Positions 18,401 through 27,234 of a stretch of DNA of 32,540 nt are shown here, one piece after another. The position numbers were made by a program, and so were the translations under genes. The stretch's first letter is position 1, and each line of letters begins with the position of its first letter. The DNA lies in assembly GCA_047617745.1 (NCBI GenBank), contig JBLGBN010000009.1, positions 1 to 32,540 of the forward strand, given 5' to 3'. The notes under the pieces were generated by a model. The model worked only from the letters and a program-made list of their open reading frames with translations. It was not told the DNA's origin and did no database searches. The stretch is from Candidatus Nanohaloarchaea archaeon. GTDB taxonomy: Archaea > Nanohalarchaeota > Nanosalinia > Nanosalinales > Nanosalinaceae.

Positions 18401-18739
18401 GATAAACCTGCTCTTGGAAATGATGACAGGGATTACAATTTATCTGTGGAAGGTTTGGATGCAGATAATCTCTGGATAAGAGGGAGCGATATGCTGGCAG
18501 ATGGCTGGAGGAACCCCAGCACTAACGAGCAGTACAGGATAGATGCGAACAATCTCAGCTTTGGACTGGAAAATGATATATCCAGGGCAGAGGAATTAAC
18601 AAATACTTACAGACTGATGGAACAGGGAATCTCAGCAGGAACTGTACTGAGCACGTTTTACTGGATAGATGTACCACAGGGGATAAAATCAACGGAATAC
18701 GCTGGAAAACTTTACTTCAAGGCAAATGCAACGACATAG
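15449..18739 (+). CDS. Large secreted multi-domain surface glycoprotein (1096 aa), no C-terminal TM
   Basis: TTG start; signal peptide ending SASA; many NxS/T sequons; beta-rich domains; a PGF-pre-PGF-like segment ending VTGFDAFAV; C-terminal ~255 aa homologous to the next gene. Confidence 0.85.
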   Translation: MNSKLKDRKIALGVILTVFLLSSASAATQINKPIDYTDFEEKTSNPSDAYDNSNYDQGTSSVTLEPVSDPAITFFDWQPTVNEYTALQLEVTVSSSGFSDDTWSLYYDSSNDDTCDSSDTELKPSDSQNIGITNFTASLPADQDLTDLQVCLTGSENSGSDTDRQVRIYDIRTVGEYDLQQQKVEDVESFDFSGGQIDGSVQDLRSADSQFVSWNDLNYSTSPNENLFTFNTSTDIPPESIDQVSFQWNLGRTVTNFVNSLTSNGAGTMSFSNGEPSATWFVEDGQTANMLEGDTAALFGPTYELGEKGLNFALPESVSDVTYNRLDYKIRIRSQGGDTEQLGINFRDFTNGGDVQCGTIASSTYQNITCSFTDPTTVSNLISGNRVYNVFTESNGDGTQTTWNVDYAALEVSYTTPSTNRNYTYTLGLNNRTSNSLDQVGTFNPSSQQNFFSANVSGYEAALTENREMEGYLSFYESGHVQPEYSLHSFSIDRAQTSISFIQDKVAGYNAQVKDETGQEISGVEFTVFDNGRVLERFTSTGQGFNDTLARNRNYTVRQSIPSGSSDYNVTFYNLNMTGSLAPATRLAEIQEPQYIENISKVYAVQDKEMEFEKAQIKVPRQDTPEVILHCTDWDFRNSDCGNWESGEIDEYSSFKTSDHFVYNVTGFDAFAVANATPVPNVTSLEVYDVTGLSSGEKETEGEFLDGGLNETLNFNQSETRQYRFEFRIENDGRKDWNIQDEDTLYHEGLNSSWPVDKIWYNLSTGDFDGGQVMDRRVSWDTSQGGMLENDNDNDTMYAKYLVNINDQESKSYSQEFRVNDTSENAGSFDYHRIDLKKFGDINLSILQPVNGTTLPQNVTFLMNASVNCINGYCGEVNVTPRYNASGGPDTLIPENSGQPFHIDGTRTRNCEALDNNAQCYINWNINSTGELKTSRLLDVNGTSNLTEVGRNDSANVEVTINDVLLLSLEWETLDFGVLDPGEEDKPALGNDDRDYNLSVEGLDADNLWIRGSDMLADGWRNPSTNEQYRIDANNLSFGLENDISRAEELTNTYRLMEQGISAGTVLSTFYWIDVPQGIKSTEYAGKLYFKANATT

Positions 18740-21700
18740 CGACCTTTTAACCAGTAACCGGAACACGGTTATAGCGACAGGAGCTCTAGTCTTCTTAGCT
18801 CTAGCAGTCCTATCTTCTTCGGCTATGGCCTCTGAAGTTTCAGGGAACAGTATACATTTCCACAATATTTCAGCTACACCCGACCTCGCGGGATACGGTA
18901 AACCTGTACTGATTAACGCAACGGTTGCAAGCCAGGAAAGCCCGTCAAATGTCGAGGTCCAGATCACGAAACCTGATGGGTCAACGACTACCGAGTCAAT
19001 GACGATGACCGGTACAGAGTTCCAGAACCACAGAAACTACGAGTACAGCTTTGAAAACACCTGGCAGAAAGGAGAGTACAGCTATCAAATCACTGCGCAG
19101 ACCTCCGATAACCAGGAGACAAGTTCAACAGGAACATTCCGGATCGAAGCTAACGCCTCAATGAACGTAGTAACGGATCAGGACAGATACGGCGCCTTGC
19201 AGGAGATACGCCTTGATAGAACTAAGAATCTGACTCTCAATACTTCAGACAACTTCAATACGAACACCAGAAAACGTTTCAGAAGATTCCTGTTCTCGGA
19301 GAACTACCAGACTGTAAGTGGTACTACTTCAGGTATTCACACTTTCACCCACGAGATAAATGAGGGTGATGTACATAGCCTTACAGAGTCGGATGGAGGG
19401 CTTTTCGGAACAGATGTGTTTGATGGTCAGTACACCTACTCTACAGAATACAACACAATAAACAATCTAACAGTTCAGCTCAACGGTGTAGCCTCGGGAG
19501 GGGCGCTGGATATACAGGTTAGAAACTTTGATACCTCATCATGGGAGACAGCTTTCACCCTTGATTCAACCACGGAAGTAGATCTCAGTTCTACGGTTTG
19601 TACAACAGAAGCAGGCTGCTCCAGCTATCTCAACTCAAATAATGAAATACAGTTGAGAGCGTTTGCATCCAACGGCGGTGTATCAGCCGATGAAACCTAT
19701 GATATTGATTACCTGACAGCTGCGGTTGAAACAGACGAGGGAGAGATTGACGAGCGGGAATCACTTGAAAATCCTGGTGTGGGAGAGGACGGTAACTTCA
19801 AGAAGAGATGGTACTCAAGTTACAGCCTTGAAGAACTACCAATCAGTCGCTCAGCCGATATAAAAGAAGCTTACATGGTTTTCGGAGTCGAAAGTGGTTC
19901 CGGAACGGGAGAACTTTACCATACACAGAACTTCGGTTCATCATCTCCGCCCACAACAGTACACCAAGGCAATCTCCCGCCGGAATCCACTCAGACGAAT
20001 CCTGTAGCGACTTTCCAGACCACCAACGGTAGGAAGGCCCTGGAGGTTACACAGGCGGTTACTGAAACATTCCAGGCTGGCAAGGAAGCGGTCGGCTTCC
20101 AGTTCAGAGAACAGGGGCAGGATCAGTCCTACACGCTCAGCTCAAACAGATACCTGTACGTTAACTACACCGCAGAATCCGAACTAGTGAACACCGGAGA
20201 TACAGACACTGAAGGATACCTCCTGATGAGAACCCAGGAGCTTGAAGACGGCTCCTGGCAGAACGTCGGTTTCCCAACAGTAGACCAGACCTCTGGGATA
20301 TATGAAGTTGATTCGGACGAAGAACTGAACTTGGCGGATATATGGGACAGTAACGGAGGTTTCAATACTGAGGACTACAGGGAAGGGGTTTACCGGGTTC
20401 TTTCCGGGTATGTAGCGGAAGATGGTGCAACGCTCGAAAGCTGGGATGGAACCCCTATAAGGGATAGCTTCCGGTTCGAGATATTTGAACCGTTCCTCAA
20501 TCTTACAACAGTAGAAACCGAGAACGAAGTCAACAACGCGGTTAACGAGTACGGTACCGGCGATACCATTGAATTCGTCAACACCACGATAGGTGTAAGC
20601 CGGACTACAGCTGTCAACGCGAGTACTGGAATAAAGTTACTGGATGAGAACGGGCAGCTGGTTCCTTGGGGGCCTGATGCTACAGCGCCTTGTGGCGATA
20701 TTTCTGCCGGCGGGAATTGTGAAAGGAATTTCTCGAACAGCTCCAGCGGCTACCATATACCTAGAAACGCGATCGCAGAGATCTCGAAACCTATGACCTG
20801 GAGCGTATCAATGGATGCGAACAACTTTGGAGGAAGACTGAATGAAACCCTTGGATTCACTCTCCACCACACACCTGCTGGATTCGAGTCACAGATAGAG
20901 GACGAGGACAATAAAATACTCAGGAACAACTCGGCTGTCTATAACTTTACAGTTGGAAACCCGTGGAGTCAGCCGCTTGAAGACGTAAATGTAACTGTCA
21001 GCTGCAACGAGGATAATCTGAACTGCACAGAGATAGGTGGCTCCAATCAGAAAATACAGGTAGGGTCGGTAGCTTCGGCCTCAACTGAAACCGTAAGGTT
21101 TAACGTAACAACAAATAGCTCCACCCCGACCGGTTTCTATGATCTCAACGCAACAGTAGAGTATGTAAATCCTGGAGGGGAGAGAAAGGTCTGGGAGCAG
21201 AGAGAAAACGAAATCCTGGCTGTCAGGATAGCTGGCGCATTAACACAGATAATAGAAGCGCCCGACAACGTTACAAGAGGACAGCAGGGATACGAGTTTA
21301 ACGCCAGTACAGAAAACACATTCAATGACCCTCTAACAGGTGTAAACTCTACCTGGACTGTTCCACAGGAATGGGCCAACACTACAGGGAATCTGATAAA
21401 GCTGGAAGACAGTCTTCCTCCAGGAGAAACATTTTACCATGGCTTCAGCTCCTCGGTCGGCTCCAGTGCCGAGGTAGGTCCTAGAGATATTGTAGTAGAT
21501 GTTACCAACGACCAGCTGAGAGAGGATTCAGCCATTACAACTGTAGATGTCTACGCCAACACCAGTTTAACAGTGACCGTGAACCAGACAGATCCCGCGG
21601 TAAACGAAACTATCCAGGTAACAGGAACACTTGAATGGGACAACGGCACAGCTATCTCTGGAGAACCTGTAAACTTCACCGACTCAACATCCGGAGACAT

Positions 21701-24700
21701 ACTGGGAGAGGCGATTACCGGCAGTAACGGAGAAGCTACAGTTACATACGCTCCCGACCAACCTCTGGGAGATCACAGCCTGAACGGTATCTACAGAGGC
21801 TCCGATCAAATTTACACGAACCCGTCTGCTGGGAATCAGATAATTACAGTTCACAAGATACCTGATGTACAGAATCTTCAGGCAGATCCCGGTGTAGTTG
21901 GATATGGTTACCCGGCCACACTGAGCGCCGATGTTACAGACTCAGATGACGGGGTTGCTAGTGTCGAGGTTAACGTCAGCTATCCAAATGGAACGGTGAC
22001 AAACCACCAGATGCAGGATGTGGGGGGTAACAGTTACGAATACGACTTTTCAAACACGTGGACCGCCGGTCTCCACAACTTCACAGTTATAGCAACGGAT
22101 AACGCAGGGAAAGTCAACACTTCTACAGCAAGTTTCACAGTCGATATCGAGCAGAGCTCCAGTATAGGAACCAGAGGATTCGAGTTCTTCCCGGGTGAGA
22201 ACGTTACACTTACAAATTCAAGCTATGCATGGACTCTCAGAGATCATGACTACAGGCGGCCGATAGAAGTAACGGAGGTATCCGGCAACCAGCTGAAAAG
22301 ATTTACCTCGAGGTTTGAGATACCGAACCTAGGTAACGACGTCCAGAGCGACTGCAGCGACTTGAGAGTTGTAGAAAACGGTACACCACGTGATCTCTAT
22401 GTTGAGAGCTGCAATCCTTCTGGAAATACGGTTGCATGGGCTCCAACCAGTGTTGAGGCCTCTTCAACCGAAGGCGACCTCTTCGCCTACTACGGCGACC
22501 CTGATATCTCGGAGCCTGCAAATGATACTTACGCGTTCCCGATCTCTGATTCAGGGACATACGACCCCGGATCGCCTTCAGTATTCAATACACACCAGTA
22601 CAATAACGGTAACTCGGTTTTCAGAAAAGTAGAGATCTCCGTTGCTGAAGGAAACGGCAATACACTGTCCGTAACGGTGCAGGCAAGAAATATTACGTCA
22701 GGAGAACTGGTCACACTCTACGACCAGACAGGAGTAGCTGACGGAACAACCGTGCTTGACGAGGTATACTATCAGAGGCCATGGTACAACGAGATCCAGA
22801 TATCTGCCTCCAGTGAAGCCAGTGGAGGAGGTTTCGACCCTCAGGGAGATGTTTCCTACACCTACAACTTCACAACACCAGACCTGACTGATACACAGGC
22901 TGGCGACGAACAGGACAGGTTCTCTTCAGTGCTCCAGAACATAGGGGAGAGACCTTTCCGAGGTAAAGTAATGCTGGAGGTTTTCAGCAACACTACTGGT
23001 GTATGGAACCAGGTTGAAACCGTCTACAACGACGCAACCGCCAGGAATGTGGCATCAAACGGTATAATTCAGCTATATCAGCTCTGGAATCCGGATCCAT
23101 TCTATACAAATAGAAGAACCCCTGGTTTCTACAGAGCAGTATTCAAGTTTGTAAGCCCGACCGGTACAATACTTACAGACGACGGTGAGATAAGGAGGAG
23201 AAGCGATTTCCGGCTCAACCCTTCACAGTCCAACATCTCGGTCCAGAACGTGGAAATATACAATGTCACAGCCGCAGGAAACCAGAGAACTGACACATCC
23301 GACCTTGAGGATAGCGGTACAAATACTACTTTCAGGGTTACAGGTGGCGAAAGTTACAGAGTAGAGGTGGAGCTTGAGAATGATGAATCAGCTTCCGCGC
23401 CATGGCAAATCGATGGCAGCACAGATATAAGATACATCAATATCCATCCTGACTGGACAATCGACACTGCAAACGACATCTTCTACTCGAACGGAACCGA
23501 CACATTCACAGGAGGGCAGAGAGAAACAGCGCCTGGCACCACAAACGTCACATGGAACAGCCAGGGAGGAGAAATCAAGCCTGGAAACTCAGGTAGTTTC
23601 TCATTCATCGCACAGGTGCCGGATGAAACCGAGGCGGAAAGAGAGATTACATTCAGCGTGACAGATATAACCTTCCAGGAGACAGACCGGTCTGATATCA
23701 ATGTCTACGAGAACAACAATGTAAGACCTCAGATCGACTTCTTCGATCTTAATGTAACAGATATCACCCGAGGGGAGACGGTTAAGGCATTCGCCAACTG
23801 GACAAAGGACATTGGCTCGGCGCTGGCAGAATATAATACGACCACGAGTTCGCTCTCCAACTTCACGGTGCAGCCGGAGGAAACTTTCACAAACTACAGC
23901 TTCTCAACAGCCCAGAACTGGGCTAGAGGCCGTCACACCTTCCAGTTCTTCGCCACCGACTATGTAGGAAACCAGGGAGCCAGCAGAACAGAGACTTTTG
24001 ACGTGAACGGAATCGCCAGTATTAACGCTACAGATCTGAATGAAACAGAGGCAACAGGGGGCGATCCTGTCGAGTTCGCATGTAGAGTCGCCTCTGATAG
24101 AAACAGTCCGATAAACAATTACGATGTACAGTTCTACAACGAAACATCTCAGATAACCACTGAACCTACTGACAGTAACGGCTGGGCGAACATCAGTTAC
24201 ACCTCCAACAAATTAGGAGACCAGCTACTGACCTGTAATATAACAGAAGATAACTCCCGGTTCTACAATGTGGGAGTAGCTGAGGGAACCGAACAGTTGA
24301 AGGTAATCGAACTGGTACCGCCGGAATACGTCGACTTCGGGCAGAGCGCTGACAGAGTTTTCAAAACTGCGAGAAACGATACTGTAAAACTATTCGCAAA
24401 ATGGAATGACAACTTCCAGCTGGATACAGCACTACTCGAGTCAAACGAAACAGGCAGCTCGTTAAACAGCTCCTTAGCGGAGCCTCAGGGCTTAGGAGGT
24501 GCTTCCGACTGGAGCAACTTCTCTGTAAACGTTCCTGATGATATCGAACCTGTGGATGCAGGATGGAGAGTATGGGCGAACGATACGTCTTCGAACTACA
24601 ATGTTACGCCAGAACAGGGACTGGAGATATGGGCTTTCACAACTATTCTTGATCCCGAGACAGGTCCATACCAGAACCCTGTGACGGTCGAGGAGGAGTC

Positions 24701-26372
24701 AACATTCAGGTGTACCGTGCTCCAGGGCAACGGATCCGCTGCAGAAGGACTTCCTGCCAGGTTCTACGATAATTCCTCTGGAAGTATGCAGCAGGTCGAT
24801 GAGAAGAAGATTAATTCGGAAGGTTTTGCCTCATTTGTCCGTGATTACTCTTCAGAACAGTTTGTAAGGCAGACCTGCAGCATACAGAGAAACGACACAC
24901 TTAACATGCAACCGTTCGAACCAGATAGAAGTAACTACACTGAGGTACTGGAAGTTATACGGGAGGAGACCATACCGCCACATATCGAGAACAACAACTA
25001 CTTCCTGAACACGACTGATGAGTTTAAACCAGCCGCAATTAAGTCTTCTGCGCAGTGGAATGAATCTATAGCTTCTGCCCGGGTAGAGTTCAACTACACC
25101 GGAAACGAGTTTGTAGACAGGGAAATACAGGGTCCTTACACCAATAACTGGACCAACACCACTTTACAGGTGAACGAGTCATGGGATGTGGGAACGCATT
25201 ACGTGAAAACTTCAGCCAATGACACCACAGGCAACCTGAACGATACCCTAAGATATCTCAAGTTTGACATCTGGGGATACAGCAAGGTCGAATGGGTTTC
25301 ACCAACCGGCAAGGTCGGCCAGGGTGAGACAGAGTTGAAATGTCTTGTATCTGACAGTCAGACAGACCAGCCGATTGAGAACCACCAGGTAGGGTTCTAC
25401 GACAATAATAACAACCTGATAGGAACCAACGACACCCGCGAAGACGGTACAGCAATCTACAACTACGATACGTCAGGACAGGAGGCTGGAAACAAGACCT
25501 GGTCATGCAGAATAAACGATGAACCGGAGATATTCTACAACGCCAGCAACCAGAACAGCGACTCCGAGGAAGTTGAACTGCTGGCGCAGGAGGCCGGACT
25601 GGTTATAGGCAACCTGACAAGACCGGTGAATGACACGGTTCTTGCGCAGAACAAGACTTTCACAGCCAATTTAACAGTGGAGTGCCGGAGAAGCGACTGT
25701 GGAGAGGTAACCACGGCTCTTAGATACAATCAGTCGGGAGATGCTGCAGGCACTGTAATAAGTGAGACATCGGATCAGCCTTTCCACACGGTGGGTTCAA
25801 ACCCGAAAACATGTAGTTCATCGCTTGCACGAGGGGGTAACTGCTCGGTTTCATGGGACGTTAATGCTACGGGAGAGAAGGATAGCTTCCACGCGCTCGA
25901 CGCACAGATGGATGGAACCGCAACCCCGGTAAACGAAACGGAGGATAAGATCGTAGGCATAGATCAGATACTGATACTTGATGTCGATTACAACGAGGTT
26001 AACTTCCCTCAGGGCAACCCGGGACAGGTAGTCCCAGCCCCAGGAAACTCTGAAGACGAATACTCCGCAAAGCTGGATGAAAGATCTAATGACGCTACCG
26101 GTGGCGCATGGATAAAAATGACAAACCTTACAAGCACTGAAGGTCCGGATACTCCGAACAGGAGAATACGGCCAGAAAACACGACCTGGGCGTTTGAATC
26201 AACTTGCAGCTACTCGGGAAGCACCCCGCTCCACAACCGTTACACAGAGATTATGGACTCGGTTGATGCCGGAGAGTCATTTACGCAGTGCTACTGGCAG
26301 GAAAACCCTTACGGAAAATACGCCGGAATCTATACCGGCACTTTAACAATAAAGGTGAACGCCACCAATTAA
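18726..26372 (+). CDS. Giant secreted Ig-repeat adhesin-like glycoprotein (2548 aa) with DUF2341-like domain, no C-terminal TM
   Basis: Signal peptide ending SAMA; repeated Ig-like units; YRRPIEV..DCSDLRV..AYYGDP resembles DUF2341 (~22230-22502); abundant sequons. Confidence 0.88.
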   Translation: MQRHSDLLTSNRNTVIATGALVFLALAVLSSSAMASEVSGNSIHFHNISATPDLAGYGKPVLINATVASQESPSNVEVQITKPDGSTTTESMTMTGTEFQNHRNYEYSFENTWQKGEYSYQITAQTSDNQETSSTGTFRIEANASMNVVTDQDRYGALQEIRLDRTKNLTLNTSDNFNTNTRKRFRRFLFSENYQTVSGTTSGIHTFTHEINEGDVHSLTESDGGLFGTDVFDGQYTYSTEYNTINNLTVQLNGVASGGALDIQVRNFDTSSWETAFTLDSTTEVDLSSTVCTTEAGCSSYLNSNNEIQLRAFASNGGVSADETYDIDYLTAAVETDEGEIDERESLENPGVGEDGNFKKRWYSSYSLEELPISRSADIKEAYMVFGVESGSGTGELYHTQNFGSSSPPTTVHQGNLPPESTQTNPVATFQTTNGRKALEVTQAVTETFQAGKEAVGFQFREQGQDQSYTLSSNRYLYVNYTAESELVNTGDTDTEGYLLMRTQELEDGSWQNVGFPTVDQTSGIYEVDSDEELNLADIWDSNGGFNTEDYREGVYRVLSGYVAEDGATLESWDGTPIRDSFRFEIFEPFLNLTTVETENEVNNAVNEYGTGDTIEFVNTTIGVSRTTAVNASTGIKLLDENGQLVPWGPDATAPCGDISAGGNCERNFSNSSSGYHIPRNAIAEISKPMTWSVSMDANNFGGRLNETLGFTLHHTPAGFESQIEDEDNKILRNNSAVYNFTVGNPWSQPLEDVNVTVSCNEDNLNCTEIGGSNQKIQVGSVASASTETVRFNVTTNSSTPTGFYDLNATVEYVNPGGERKVWEQRENEILAVRIAGALTQIIEAPDNVTRGQQGYEFNASTENTFNDPLTGVNSTWTVPQEWANTTGNLIKLEDSLPPGETFYHGFSSSVGSSAEVGPRDIVVDVTNDQLREDSAITTVDVYANTSLTVTVNQTDPAVNETIQVTGTLEWDNGTAISGEPVNFTDSTSGDILGEAITGSNGEATVTYAPDQPLGDHSLNGIYRGSDQIYTNPSAGNQIITVHKIPDVQNLQADPGVVGYGYPATLSADVTDSDDGVASVEVNVSYPNGTVTNHQMQDVGGNSYEYDFSNTWTAGLHNFTVIATDNAGKVNTSTASFTVDIEQSSSIGTRGFEFFPGENVTLTNSSYAWTLRDHDYRRPIEVTEVSGNQLKRFTSRFEIPNLGNDVQSDCSDLRVVENGTPRDLYVESCNPSGNTVAWAPTSVEASSTEGDLFAYYGDPDISEPANDTYAFPISDSGTYDPGSPSVFNTHQYNNGNSVFRKVEISVAEGNGNTLSVTVQARNITSGELVTLYDQTGVADGTTVLDEVYYQRPWYNEIQISASSEASGGGFDPQGDVSYTYNFTTPDLTDTQAGDEQDRFSSVLQNIGERPFRGKVMLEVFSNTTGVWNQVETVYNDATARNVASNGIIQLYQLWNPDPFYTNRRTPGFYRAVFKFVSPTGTILTDDGEIRRRSDFRLNPSQSNISVQNVEIYNVTAAGNQRTDTSDLEDSGTNTTFRVTGGESYRVEVELENDESASAPWQIDGSTDIRYINIHPDWTIDTANDIFYSNGTDTFTGGQRETAPGTTNVTWNSQGGEIKPGNSGSFSFIAQVPDETEAEREITFSVTDITFQETDRSDINVYENNNVRPQIDFFDLNVTDITRGETVKAFANWTKDIGSALAEYNTTTSSLSNFTVQPEETFTNYSFSTAQNWARGRHTFQFFATDYVGNQGASRTETFDVNGIASINATDLNETEATGGDPVEFACRVASDRNSPINNYDVQFYNETSQITTEPTDSNGWANISYTSNKLGDQLLTCNITEDNSRFYNVGVAEGTEQLKVIELVPPEYVDFGQSADRVFKTARNDTVKLFAKWNDNFQLDTALLESNETGSSLNSSLAEPQGLGGASDWSNFSVNVPDDIEPVDAGWRVWANDTSSNYNVTPEQGLEIWAFTTILDPETGPYQNPVTVEEESTFRCTVLQGNGSAAEGLPARFYDNSSGSMQQVDEKKINSEGFASFVRDYSSEQFVRQTCSIQRNDTLNMQPFEPDRSNYTEVLEVIREETIPPHIENNNYFLNTTDEFKPAAIKSSAQWNESIASARVEFNYTGNEFVDREIQGPYTNNWTNTTLQVNESWDVGTHYVKTSANDTTGNLNDTLRYLKFDIWGYSKVEWVSPTGKVGQGETELKCLVSDSQTDQPIENHQVGFYDNNNNLIGTNDTREDGTAIYNYDTSGQEAGNKTWSCRINDEPEIFYNASNQNSDSEEVELLAQEAGLVIGNLTRPVNDTVLAQNKTFTANLTVECRRSDCGEVTTALRYNQSGDAAGTVISETSDQPFHTVGSNPKTCSSSLARGGNCSVSWDVNATGEKDSFHALDAQMDGTATPVNETEDKIVGIDQILILDVDYNEVNFPQGNPGQVVPAPGNSEDEYSAKLDERSNDATGGAWIKMTNLTSTEGPDTPNRRIRPENTTWAFESTCSYSGSTPLHNRYTEIMDSVDAGESFTQCYWQENPYGKYAGIYTGTLTIKVNATN
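23724..25580 (+). repeat. Three degenerate ~200-aa tandem two-domain repeats in the 2548-aa protein
   Basis: Units start RPQID, VPPEY and IPPHI. Each has AxW, (A)ND/TD..N, CxV, FY(N/D), DxxG and a closing TC/SCxI. Confidence 0.75.
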
Positions 26373-26382
26373 ACACCGGGAG

Positions 26383-27234
26383 ATGAAACTCAGGAAGCTT
26401 GCAGCGTTAGCATTGGTATCTGTCTTCTTTGTAGCCACAGTTTCAGCTTCGTCATTCGGCAGCTTCTCATCGGAGGCGGAGAAGGAAATTGATTCGCTTG
26501 AAACAGGTTTCAAGATATCCGTATTCAACCTTGGAAACGAAACTTTAAGCCTGAATGTTACCTCTTCTGACCCCGAAGGAGCTTCCATAGTACATGAAAA
26601 CGAGTTCGAACTTGAACCCTCAGAAGTCACCAGAAACCCTTCAGGTGACAAAAGCTGGTTCCTCACATCAAATAACAGATACGTTGAAACAACAGAGATA
26701 CCTATCAGGTTTTTCAGAGACTCGGATACATCAAGAAACAACTTTGATTTCACAGTAGATATCCGGGCTTCAACAGCTGTGGAAGAAGGCGGTAGCGGAG
26801 TTGTGCAGAATATTGTTCAGGTCAGAAGCTACAGTTATCAGGTTGAAACCGACTTCTCTGGTTCGGGATCCTCGCCGGATGAACCGGATAGTCCTGACGC
26901 GCCGGAACAGTCGCCTGAACCTGCTGATCCTGGAAGTATAGTTGATGATGTAGGGGATGCAATAGGAGGTATAGGAGGCGATCAGGACCAGGGTGATCAG
27001 GAAACTGAAACAGGAACCGGAGATACAGGGTCAGACGACAGCACAGATAATACCGATAACCCGGATTCAGAAGACTCCAGCAATGAGGATTCCGAGACAG
27101 GGACAGAGAACACCAGTGAGGATGGAAACAGTTTGACAGGTCAGTTCCTTCAGTCGGCAAGCGTTAACGGTACAACCATTGTGATGTTTGTATTCATGAC
27201 TGGTTCACTGATCTACTTCATGAGGGTGATCTAG
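26383..27234 (+). CDS. Secreted single Ig-like domain, acidic low-complexity linker and C-terminal TM anchor
   Basis: Signal peptide; ISVFNLGNETLSLNV strand motif; D/S/G/T/P linker; LTGQFL then TM helix; GGGAG before ATG. Confidence 0.82.
   Translation: MKLRKLAALALVSVFFVATVSASSFGSFSSEAEKEIDSLETGFKISVFNLGNETLSLNVTSSDPEGASIVHENEFELEPSEVTRNPSGDKSWFLTSNNRYVETTEIPIRFFRDSDTSRNNFDFTVDIRASTAVEEGGSGVVQNIVQVRSYSYQVETDFSGSGSSPDEPDSPDAPEQSPEPADPGSIVDDVGDAIGGIGGDQDQGDQETETGTGDTGSDDSTDNTDNPDSEDSSNEDSETGTENTSEDGNSLTGQFLQSASVNGTTIVMFVFMTGSLIYFMRVI

Noticed and set aside
26855..27130. Low-complexity D/S/G/T/P stretch as a DNA repeat element
   Set aside because: Codons vary; it is an ordinary flexible linker before the TM anchor.
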